Assembly: GCA_002794465.1 (NCBI GenBank)
Contig: MTSL01000191.1
Span: 65,113-84,207 of the forward strand
Direction: 5' to 3'
Length of the DNA: 19,095 nt
Source of the DNA: Paramicrosporidium saccamoebae KSL3
Taxonomy: Eukaryota; Fungi; Cryptomycota
The notes under the pieces were generated by a model that was given only the letters and a program-made list of their open reading frames with translations, did not search any database and had not been told where the DNA came from. Shown here one piece after another: positions 9,198 through 18,033 of the stretch (positions are counted from its first letter, which is position 1; every line of letters begins with the position of its first letter). Both the position numbers and the translations under genes were made by a program.

Positions 9198-9618
9198 TTA
9201 ATTAAATTTATTTATTTTAAACAATCATTTCAGGATTTCGCTTCTTTCCCCTCCATCTTGATCCTGCAGGATTGCCGTACTAGAGATTATAGCATCATAA
9301 TGGAGGATACTGTGATTTCGAACGCAGATTGGGGAACCACTTGTGCAGGACATACAGACGTCGTTCTGCACGCAGCGATTCCTCATCAATGAACTTTATT
9401 CGTTTCTGACGGTCGTCCTCTTCCACCGAGGTGTACTGTTCCAGCCACGCCGTTATCGGATGCGTCTCACCTCTCTACGGTTTAGTCATTCCCCCATCCT
9501 ACCCTCCGATAGCCCTCGTTCCAGAAATGGACGCCCCATCCTACACCAGAAACTCCGGTCACGGCCAGGAACGCCCGCTGCCACCACTCCATATACGATT
9601 AATTAATTTCATAACGTA

Positions 9619-10035
9619 ATGAGTTGGCAGGAGTATGTGGACAATTCGCTGGTAGGAAGTGGTAATGTGGAGCGTGCGTGTATTATTGGCCTGGAAGGCG
9701 GAGTGTGGGCTACTTCGGCGGGGTTCCAGTTGGCGCCAGCCGAGATATCGGCCATCCTTCAGGGCTACCAACAGCCCGAGACACTCTACCAAAACGGGGT
9801 ACGGATCGCCAACGAAAAGGTATCGTCTGGATGACGCTACGCTGATGCCTAGTTTCTGCTAATTAGGAATGATGAACGGAGCATCTATTTGCGGAAGGGA
9901 GAGGAGGGCGGCATTCTTGTCAAGACGGGAAAGTGTGTGATTATTGCAGTGTACGACTCGAAGAAGACTATGGCGGGCACTGCTACCACCACTGTGGAGT
10001 CGGTAGCAGACTATCTCGTGGAGAATGGCTATTAA
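9619..10035 (+). CDS. PFY1: Profilin; join(9619..9819,9853..10035), 127 aa
   Basis: MSWQEYVDNSLVGSG, ACIIGLEGGVWATS; after splicing EKFLLIRNDERSIYLRKG...VESVADYLVENGY*. Confidence 0.95.
9820..9852 (+). other. Spliceosomal intron, 33 nt (profilin)
   Basis: GTATCG...GCTGAT GCCTAG, phase 0, contains an in-frame TGA. Confidence 0.9.
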
Positions 10036-10275
10036 TTATGTGTGATGCTCCTTAAGAAGAGCGTGTGTTTAATCCAATAAAAATGAAGTGTGAAAATTCG
10101 TGAGCTAGGGAATGTGAGGATCTGTGGGTGAGAAGGTGAGAGGGTTTTACATACTAGGAATGGAAATTGGGGTTTCCTTACAATAATATGGTAGGCTGGG
10201 TGGCCAGCCATTAGGCTCCTCGTGCCGATATATATTGATGGATCCTGAAGCTTTAATAGCCAAACATTCCGACAT

Positions 10276-11343
10276 TCAATTGCAAATTGACAACTGAAGC
10301 TTTTTAGTGGTCGGCATGAATTTCCATAGTCCGACTGCTTGTTCTTGCTCGCCGCTGGGATCAATAACTCGTTCTGGAAAGGCGATTCCGAGGCCGTACA
10401 AATTACAAATCACTTTGTCGTTAGTGCCCATTAATCGTTGTTCTGTGTCATATCCGCTCACCATCACAGTCTCCCCATTCAGATCCCGAATCACAGGCAG
10501 CGGATTGCGCTCGTAGCCAATGGCCCATACCAAATGCGTGCATTCCGGTAACCATTTGTCATAGACAGTCTGTTCATCAGTCAATTGGACACGTTCCACC
10601 TTGGCCATTCCCTCACGAGCCCATTCAGCTGCCTCGCCCTTTAGTCCCGTGTTGTCGTGTTTGATTCTTCCATCGTTGAGATATTCTGCGTAGCGGAGAT
10701 TTTTCCGATGGAAATTGATGATGCGCGGAGGAGAGGGTAATTTGCTCAGATTCATGAGAATCAAAACTGCAGAGTGACTATTTCCCACAACTCCCACAGT
10801 GTCCTGCGCAGTTAGCTGTATCTCGGATGGTCGCAGCAGCGTTTCGGGATCCACAATGATTCCATCAAAGGGAATGGAAGGGCCGGGTTTTGGATGGGCC
10901 CCGGTGGCAAGTATCACATGCTCTACCATTACCGATTCTCCGCTGCTAAACAGTGCGTTCCATCCATCCATTGTCTGTTCCAACTCCTCACATGTTCCCC
11001 ACACGCGCTCCAATCTCTCTAAATGTCTTTCTGCAAGCGTTTCGGCCACTTCCCGGACCATCTCGGCCGCCAATTTTAATTCACATCCCACATCCTGTCT
11101 TCTCTCTCGCAGCTTTCGCATTGCCAGTCCATCTCCGCCGCCACAGCCCTCGGCATAGCGCACAAACAATGATGTGCGTGTATTGCTGGGCACCGGTGTG
11201 AAATTTATCAGTCTTCCACTACGAAATTGTGGGTCCACCCATACACAGGTCTTTGTGCTTTCCTGCAGCAGTGTTGAGACTGCTGCAAGTCCTGCAGGAC
11301 CACCTCCCACCACCAACACGTCAAATGTCCGTCTCTTGATCAT
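10276..11343 (-). CDS. FAD-dependent oxidoreductase (pyridine nucleotide-disulfide oxidoreductase-like fold), substrate unknown, 355 aa
   Basis: N-terminal Rossmann motif DVLVVGGGPAGLAA, VILATGA, second dinucleotide-type motif VGVVGNSHSA, WAIGY. Confidence 0.85.
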   Translation of the reverse strand: MIKRRTFDVLVVGGGPAGLAAVSTLLQESTKTCVWVDPQFRSGRLINFTPVPSNTRTSLFVRYAEGCGGGDGLAMRKLRERRQDVGCELKLAAEMVREVAETLAERHLERLERVWGTCEELEQTMDGWNALFSSGESVMVEHVILATGAHPKPGPSIPFDGIIVDPETLLRPSEIQLTAQDTVGVVGNSHSAVLILMNLSKLPSPPRIINFHRKNLRYAEYLNDGRIKHDNTGLKGEAAEWAREGMAKVERVQLTDEQTVYDKWLPECTHLVWAIGYERNPLPVIRDLNGETVMVSGYDTEQRLMGTNDKVICNLYGLGIAFPERVIDPSGEQEQAVGLWKFMPTTKKLQLSICN

Positions 11344-11419
11344 TGCAAATTAATTTCTTAACCGATCAACCCATGGCTTAGAAACAAGGATAGTGCTGTC
11401 CCAATCTGGGTGTTCTTTA

Positions 11420-12484
11420 TTATGCGGGCGTGTCCGGTACATAAAAGGAAAGACAGGGCTGAGTGGCATCATACAGGATGTTGAAGCATCGTAGAAAATC
11501 TATTCCCAATGTCCAAACCGGCAGTCCATGTCGCATCTCGTCTTTTCCAACAACCTTTAGGTTGCAAGTCCCCACGCCCGAATATGCAATCTGCCAGCCT
11601 GTCAGGGTAAGATTGCCAGATGGGGTGGAAAAAATTATGCTTCCCAAGGTTGGGGTTGCCGAGCAGTTTACGTTATAAGTGTCTACTGCGCCAGAAACCA
11701 CCGTGGCACCCAACTGGGCTGCCATTGCCGAACCCATCGCCTTGGGGATCTGCATGATGGACTGGTCGGTGGAAAGTACAGCCATTCCGGTGCCGCCAAA
11801 GAACATGCTGCTCCCGGTGTTAGTTCCAAAATTGGTTATCTGATAGTTCCAAGTGTCGTCTTGCTTGTACAACGGAAGCCCGGAGATAAGTAGAGCTGCG
11901 CGGAAATTTACGCCGGGCGGAGAATTCTGTTCCCCCAGAATTAGAAAGTTGTACGCTGCATAAAGGATCATACTGAACTGCGAAAAGCCCCCCGACGATA
12001 CTATCGGAGTGAGTCTCAGACCCTCCACATTTCCGGGCCCAAGTCCTATGACGCCTGGAAGTCGGTTATCCCCGAAACCCGTCACTCGCATGGCATCTAT
12101 ACGGTTCACCGTAACATCAGTGTAATTGGGAGTAGCCCATGTACCAAAGTTAAAAGTGTCTACGACACTCGACCCGGTGATCACTGAATCCGATACGGAC
12201 CGACCGAGCACCTGTTCAGGCGCTTGAGACGAAACAGATCCCGTGTCCAAATATCGGGGTGCAGTCATGGTCAGGCAATTGGCAGTGTAGCAGTAGTCAC
12301 TTGCCAGCCAGCTGACCGAATTGCGGAGGGTGAGGTAGACGGAAGTCTCATACCATTCTGCCCCCGAAGTATACACTTTAACCGAAAGACTATTTCCATT
12401 GGATTCTTCTGTGATTGGAATAAGATAGCTTGGGGGAGCGGCAAGACATTTAGCAATGAGAAGCAAAATAGACCATATCGTCAT
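11420..12484 (-). CDS. Secreted pepsin-fold (A1-like) protein 1, catalytic Asp residues absent, 354 aa
   Basis: Signal peptide MTIWSILLLIAKCLA. Pepsin landmarks in order: WLASDYCYTANC, GVIGLG, WNYQI, AVLSTD (second DTG position), YNVNC, WTLGIDFLR.F.ILYD. Confidence 0.75.
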   Translation of the reverse strand: MTIWSILLLIAKCLAAPPSYLIPITEESNGNSLSVKVYTSGAEWYETSVYLTLRNSVSWLASDYCYTANCLTMTAPRYLDTGSVSSQAPEQVLGRSVSDSVITGSSVVDTFNFGTWATPNYTDVTVNRIDAMRVTGFGDNRLPGVIGLGPGNVEGLRLTPIVSSGGFSQFSMILYAAYNFLILGEQNSPPGVNFRAALLISGLPLYKQDDTWNYQITNFGTNTGSSMFFGGTGMAVLSTDQSIMQIPKAMGSAMAAQLGATVVSGAVDTYNVNCSATPTLGSIIFSTPSGNLTLTGWQIAYSGVGTCNLKVVGKDEMRHGLPVWTLGIDFLRCFNILYDATQPCLSFYVPDTPA

Positions 12485-12502
12485 TGCCCCTCGGATAATG
12501 CC

Positions 12503-12732
12503 TAATTGGGTGTTTGGCCCAAGTGTGATGTTGATGTAGAGGCAGAGGCAGAGGCAGAGGCAGAGGATTGGTTAGTTGGCCATGTGACGTAGAGGCAGAG
12601 GATGGATTAATTGGCTGTGTGACGTAGAGGTAGAGGATTGACTAGTTGGCTGTGTGACGTAGAAGTAGAGGATTGATTAGTTGGGTATTTGGCCCAAGTG
12701 TGATGTAGAGGATTGGTTAATTGGGTATTTGG
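12503..12732. repeat. Composite repeat array: 35-bp units x3+, (AGGCAG)x4 and flanking 26-bp direct repeats
   Basis: GTGACGTAGA at 12584, 12619 and 12654 (period 35); TTGGGT[G/A]TTTGGCCCAAGTGTGATGT at 12506-12531 and 12681-12706; hexamer run at about 12540-12565. Confidence 0.9.
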
Positions 12733-12845
12733 TAATAGTTCCCTAGTTTGGACAAGATCCAATAAATGGTCTTTAACCTCATAACCCGAAATCCACATCA
12801 AAATGACCCCATCCAACATACTGTTTATTAAGATCTGAAGAATCA

Positions 12846-13913
12846 TTAGCTGGAAGTAGCCGGTACGTAGAAAGAAATGTTTGATAGACCCACGTTGAAT
12901 GTGGTGTAGAAGGAGGCCAGGAAATCCACCCCCATCGTCCAGAGGGGCATTCCGTTTCGCGTGGCATCCTTCCCGACAACCTTAAAGGTGCACATGCCTA
13001 CATTAGAATTGACAATTTGAAAGCCGGATAATGAAATGGTGCCCATAATAGTTTCAAAGATAATGCTTCCCATAGACGGGACGCTTGAGCAGAGAATTGT
13101 ATAAGTATCCACTTCTCCAGTGACAACTGTGGCCCCAAGAGCGGTGGCCATTGCAAGACCCGCTGCCTTGGGTATTTCGATTGGATAAGAATCAGTGGAA
13201 AGTACAGCGATTCCGGTGAGACCCGTGAACACGGTGCTCCCTGTGTTGGTCCCGAAATCGGCGATTTCATAATTCCAAGTGTCATCCACGTTGTACAATG
13301 GAATGTCCGTCAGGAGAGCACTGCCACGATATGGCACTCCAATTTGATCTCCGAGGACCAGATAATGGGCATCATCGGTGAGGACAATGCTGAAAGTCGA
13401 ACTCCCCAACACGTCTACCAGCGGTGTAATTCTCCGATTCGGCAGATTGCCCGGTCCGAATCCAAAGACTCCCGGGAGTCGGTAGGTTCCATAATTCATC
13501 ACTCGCAAGGCATTGATGCGATTCAAGATAAATTCAGGATAAGGGGCAGGCGATGCGGGGAGAATGCAATATTCCTCAACACTTGCTCCAGTTATCTGGG
13601 ACCCAAAGGCGGAAAGAGTGTAGACTTGTTCGGGGAGCTGCTTTGAGAAGAATCCTTCCCCATTATAGACAATGTACGGATTCAAATTTAGACAGTCAGC
13701 AGTGTAGCAATAGGTGCTGGCCACCCAGCAGACAGAGTTGAGGAGGGAAAGATAAACGGGGGCCTCGTAAGGGGACCCCGAGTATAGGTTTATGGGGATT
13801 GAGAGACCCTTGGGATCACTTTCCTCTGTAAGCTCCACCAGATAATAGGAGATGGAGGCGAGACATCCTTCAAAGAAAAACGACAGCAGCACTACAAACA
13901 ATGCCTTCATCAT
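12846..13913 (-). CDS. Secreted pepsin-fold (A1-like) protein 2, tandem paralog, catalytic Asp residues absent, about 355 aa from ATG 13913
   Basis: Signal peptide MMKALFVVLLSFFFEGCLA; WVASTYCYTADC, GVFGFG, DDTWNYEI, AVLSTD, WTMGVDFL. Colinear with protein 1 and roughly half identical by eye. Confidence 0.75.
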   Translation of the reverse strand: MMKALFVVLLSFFFEGCLASISYYLVELTEESDPKGLSIPINLYSGSPYEAPVYLSLLNSVCWVASTYCYTADCLNLNPYIVYNGEGFFSKQLPEQVYTLSAFGSQITGASVEEYCILPASPAPYPEFILNRINALRVMNYGTYRLPGVFGFGPGNLPNRRITPLVDVLGSSTFSIVLTDDAHYLVLGDQIGVPYRGSALLTDIPLYNVDDTWNYEIADFGTNTGSTVFTGLTGIAVLSTDSYPIEIPKAAGLAMATALGATVVTGEVDTYTILCSSVPSMGSIIFETIMGTISLSGFQIVNSNVGMCTFKVVGKDATRNGMPLWTMGVDFLASFYTTFNVGLSNISFYVPATSS

Positions 13914-14162
13914 GCAAAGATTGATGCATGCCGCCCACCCCGCCTGTCTACTTTCCAACTTCCTAATCGGGTGTTTATCCGCACCGGGGACGAGCCAAGA
14001 AATTGTGTTCAGCTTTGCTGGGGAAAGCGTGTCTGTCCCAGTGCCATTCTGCCAACCTTGTGTCCCGCATGGGTCAGCTATTTCCGAGATCTCGATAGTT
14101 GATTAGTCCAATCCACGGGTTATCAGCAGCACAACCCATGTAGAGGGAATAGACTCTGTGCT

Positions 14163-14720
14163 ATGGACCGACACGTTTGTTACCAATGCGGCCGCAGTTT
14201 CGACCTTTTGCCATCCGCCCCAATCAACTGTCCCCATTGCAACTCTGAATTTGTGGAGCGTCTAGAGCCACCCACCCAGCCCGCCGTTGAATCCACAGAA
14301 GGGTTTATTAGTGGTCCTATTAACGGACTGCATAGATTCCCAGGCGGGTTCCTCTTCACCACCGGCAACATGGATAGCATATCACTTCCCGAGCTAATTA
14401 GAATGGTGGTACAATCTCCTTCGCTGGGGAGGGACCCGCGTGAATACATCTTCTCTGACACGGCCTTTCAAGGTTTACTTGATCGATTAATGGGAGAGGG
14501 CCATTGCACTGTGGGCATGTCGGACCCAGCGCTTAGTACTCTAAAACGAGAGCGAAACAGCGAAGGAGAGTGTATTATTTGTCAGGAACAATATCAACCA
14601 GAAGACGAGACGATTCGACTGGATTGTGGCCATTTATTCCATGCGGGATGTGTTGTTCCTTGGCTAAAAAAGGTGGCTTCGTGTCCTGTTTGTAGGTTCA
14701 ATGTACTTAAGAAGGAATAA
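14163..14720 (+). CDS. RNF115/RNF126-like RING-H2 E3 ubiquitin ligase, 185 aa
   Basis: N-terminal zinc ribbon CYQC...CPHCNSEFVE; central PREYIFSDTAFQGLLDRLM; C-terminal RING-H2 CIICQEQY...CGHLFHAGCVVPWL...SCPVCR. Confidence 0.9.
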   Translation: MDRHVCYQCGRSFDLLPSAPINCPHCNSEFVERLEPPTQPAVESTEGFISGPINGLHRFPGGFLFTTGNMDSISLPELIRMVVQSPSLGRDPREYIFSDTAFQGLLDRLMGEGHCTVGMSDPALSTLKRERNSEGECIICQEQYQPEDETIRLDCGHLFHAGCVVPWLKKVASCPVCRFNVLKKE

Positions 14721-14746
14721 ACTGTATATATACTGGGCTATGTAAC

Positions 14747-14780
14747 GTGGGTAGCGGGCAGTGGGTAGTGGGTAGTGGGT
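14747..14780 (+). repeat. 7-bp G-rich repeat (GTGGGTA) x~5 with G-quadruplex consensus
   Basis: GTGGGTA GCGGGCA GTGGGTA GTGGGTA GTGGGT: five GGG runs separated by 4-nt loops. Confidence 0.8.
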
Positions 14781-14877
14781 TACATATTATAGGATATGTG
14801 ATACAGATGGTGAGTTGTTTGTGGCGTGGTATGAGATATGGAAGAGTCGCACAAACTATTAAAGTATCAAGGAAGCA

Positions 14878-14912
14878 TATCACTATCACTATCAGTATCA
14901 GTATCAGTATCA
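14878..14912. repeat. Hexamer microsatellite (TATCA[C/G]) x~6
   Basis: TATCAC TATCAC TATCAG TATCAG TATCAG TATCA. Confidence 0.9.
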
Positions 14913-14994
14913 TATCGGCGGATCGCAAGGAAAGGGACTCCACTGTCACAATAATCCTCATAGGTCAACCACATCCAGGTCACAAATATATACT

Positions 14995-17714
14995 TTATTT
15001 TACAGACCGCCTTATGCTGCGTTTGATAAGTTCGTCAGCGAACATTAGGGTTATTGCTATCAACAGAATGGGTATCCAATTGTCCAGGGGGAGGGGCGTG
15101 GTTTGAAAGATCCGAGCTAGTGCAGGGACGTAGACAATCAAAAGTAACATGACCAGAGATGCGGTGGTGGTGAGGGTTAGGGCGCGATTGGTAAAGAATC
15201 CGAGGTCCCAGAGAGATCGATAGGTGGAACGACAGGTGGCAGCATTGACCATGCTGAAAAGCACAAACACGGAAAAGGTTCGGGTGGTGTCAGAGCCATA
15301 ATGCCTCTCCCAGGCCAAAACGAATAGTGTACCTATGACAATGTGGAGGGCGCTGTAAGCAGTGCGCAAAAGTAGCGATCGACTCAGAATAGGAGCCGTC
15401 TTTGGTCGTGGGGGCCGATTCAGCGCCAACTTGTCTACGGGTTCCACACCCAAACTTTGTGCAGGCGGTCCGTCCATGATAATGTTCACCAGCAGAATTT
15501 GCATTGCATTCATTGGAGCCGCCTGTCCTGTCGCCATGGTCACTGCAATCAGCGTCAGAGCGGCCAACGATGTGCTGAGTTGGAAACGGATAAAATGTCG
15601 AATAGACGAAAAGATGCTCTTTCCCTCCTCAATGGCGCAAATCAGCGACGACAGACGATCGTCAGTCAGAACAATCTGCGATGCAGCCCGTGCAACATCT
15701 GTGCCAGTGCGTCCCATGGCAATGCCAATGTCTGCCATCTTCAGAGCCGGTGCATCGTTTACTCCATCGCCTGTCATGGCCACCACGTGACCGTTCTTCT
15801 GCAGAGCGGAAATCAGCTGCAGTTTCTGTTCCGGGGTTGCGCGATATACAATAGATACACCATCCAATTGATGGGACAACTGAGCCCCTGAAATAACGGC
15901 TGAAGCGGCGTGGTGCAAGCCGATCTGACGGGCTAACGACATGGCTGTCTGCATAGAATCACCAGTAACCATAATACATCGTACACCACAACTCTGTAAC
16001 TTCATCAGTGTGCCAACAATCTCGGGTCGTGGGGGATCGCACATGCCAACAATGCCTACAACACGCAGACTTTTTGGATCGGGTCCTGCTGCTACTGCAA
16101 TCACCCGTAATCCCTGACTGGACATTTCCTCCACTACTGCATTCATTTCCGTATTGGCTGTCATTGGAAACACCACCTCGGGTGCCCCTTTGACGTAGTA
16201 GGAATATTCGTTGCTTTGCGCATTGTGACATTTCACGGCCATGAATTTGTGTTCCGACGTGAAAGCAACCTCTTCCACTCGCGTCAATGGAGGAAGAGCT
16301 TCCTGGTAGTTTCGATCCTCGAGAAAACATCTCAATGCGACATCAATGGCATTTCCATGCCAATCGTCGAGTCCTCTTTTGGCATTGTTGCACAAATGCA
16401 ACGCAGCGAGCAGCTCTGCACCTTCGGGGACGACATTTTTTGTACTGCACAAATCCGCCTCTACTCGTAGGTTTCCCTCAAGATCTCCCGCGACACATAG
16501 GACCCTTTGGACAGTCAATTGGTTCAGGGTAAGAGTGCCCGTCTTGTCCAAACACAGTACATCTACTGATCCTAATGCCTCTACTGCAGGCAGACGGCGC
16601 ACAATCACATTGCGTCCCGCCAATCGCAGCACTCCCAGCGCCAATGTAATTGTGGCCACAATAGGAAGTCCCTCAGGGATCGCTGCTACGGCCAAACTCA
16701 CAGCCACTGTAAATATATGCAGCCATGGCTGGTGTTGCAGCACCCCAATCAGCGCCAACACTACAATGATGGCTAGTGAGTAGAGGGAAAGCTGCTGGCC
16801 AAGTCGATCCAGATGACATTGCAGGGGCGAGCGACGCTCCTCCGTCTCCTTCATCAAGGTGTACATGCGACCAAAACGGGTTTGCGTTCCAGTGGCAACG
16901 ACGACCCCCCGGCCATGGCCCCGGCGCACCAGCGTGGCCATTGATGCCGTCATATCGGCCGTCTCATCTGGGCGGGATTTGGCCTCACCCTTACTGCACA
17001 TGCGGGCCTCTCCAGTCAGCATGGATTCGTCAATCTCTAAATCCACACTCTATACATTACACACATTGGAGGGGTACGCTGAACAGACGCAGATCGGCAG
17101 GCACACGATCACCTGTACCAATCTCTACCACATCCCCGGGGACCAATTCGGATGCCAATACTTCATGCACCCGTCCCTCCCGTAGCACATGACACATGGG
17201 CGGTGCCAGTCGGTTAAGCGCCTCCAACGATCGTTCCGTGCGGTATTCCTGTACAAACGCCACTGTTACCACTAACACGACCGCCTATACGTCAGCAATT
17301 TATGCTTTTTACCAATGTAATGCTCACACAATTCTCCAACTGTCCCATAAGTAGACTCACCAGAGCTGACGCCAATAACAAAAGAATCAATGGATTGCGG
17401 AATTGTTCCAAAAACTTTACAAACACTGTTGTCCGCACCGCCTCCCATGCTGCCTGTGCCGCTCCCACTATCAGTGCCACTTTGTTTAGACGACTGTTGA
17501 GCATTACTCGACGCGTTCGACGCACCACTGTAATGTCGTTTGGGCCGTAGATGGTCTGTCGCTCTGCAACCTGCGCCTGTGACAGTCCCATCTGCACATC
17601 CGTCGCCAATTCGGATACGTCCTCCATGCTCACCAATTCGTAAGCGTTGTCAGTAGACAGCGCACCGAGTGACGCACTGTGGATGCCATTCTGATGGCTC
17701 TCTACGGCAATCAT
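14995..17714 (-). CDS. PMR1: Golgi P2A-type Ca2+/Mn2+ ATPase (PMR1/SPCA); join(17714..17313,17284..17078,17049..14995), about 887 aa
   Basis: [17 protein letters not shown], phosphorylation site [23 protein letters not shown] and the SPCA-type M6 [21 protein letters not shown]. Three ORF segments are joined in frame by two 28-nt introns. The N-terminal part of the model is less certain. Confidence 0.93.
17050..17077 (-). other. Spliceosomal intron, 28 nt (PMR1 intron 2)
   Basis: GTACCC...GTAAT GTATAG; removal gives [16 protein letters not shown]. Confidence 0.88.
17285..17312 (-). other. Spliceosomal intron, 28 nt (PMR1 intron 1)
   Basis: GTAAAA...GCTGAC GTATAG; removal gives [19 protein letters not shown]. 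Confidence 0.9.
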
Positions 17715-18033
17715 CCCATAAAAGTAAAGACCAACTCGGCTAACAATAATTTATTACCCGTAGTTGGCAATGAAGAGTCGTTATTGATGCGCTGTGTTCA
17801 TGGTCTTAGTGTACGATAGCCGAACCCATTATCGGAAAGTGGCACACTCTAAGCCGAATGATCGGTCATCAAGTTCTTTATACTCATCTTTTATGCATAG
17901 CCGATTGGTCCTCCATGGGGCCTAGTCATCTTACTCTCGTCGTAGCTGATTGGTTCATTCCAACAGTTCAGGACAATACGGACCTATCCAAGCGTTTTGA
18001 GCCAGGGCAAGAACATCGTGGGCAGCCGACACC

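Noticed and set aside
9856-9866. Alternative profilin acceptor (GCTAATTAG)
   Set aside because: Branch motif is too close to the AG for the -8 rule, and its use would shift the frame and remove the conserved FLLIR segment.
12584-12690. 35-bp periodic repeats as a CRISPR array
   Set aside because: Units are contiguous with no unique spacers, there are no cas genes, and the context is eukaryotic with introns.
13914-13958. 15-aa N-terminal extension of pseudoprotease 2 in the ORF track
   Set aside because: The downstream ATG at 13913 gives a clean signal peptide and a length matching the paralog.
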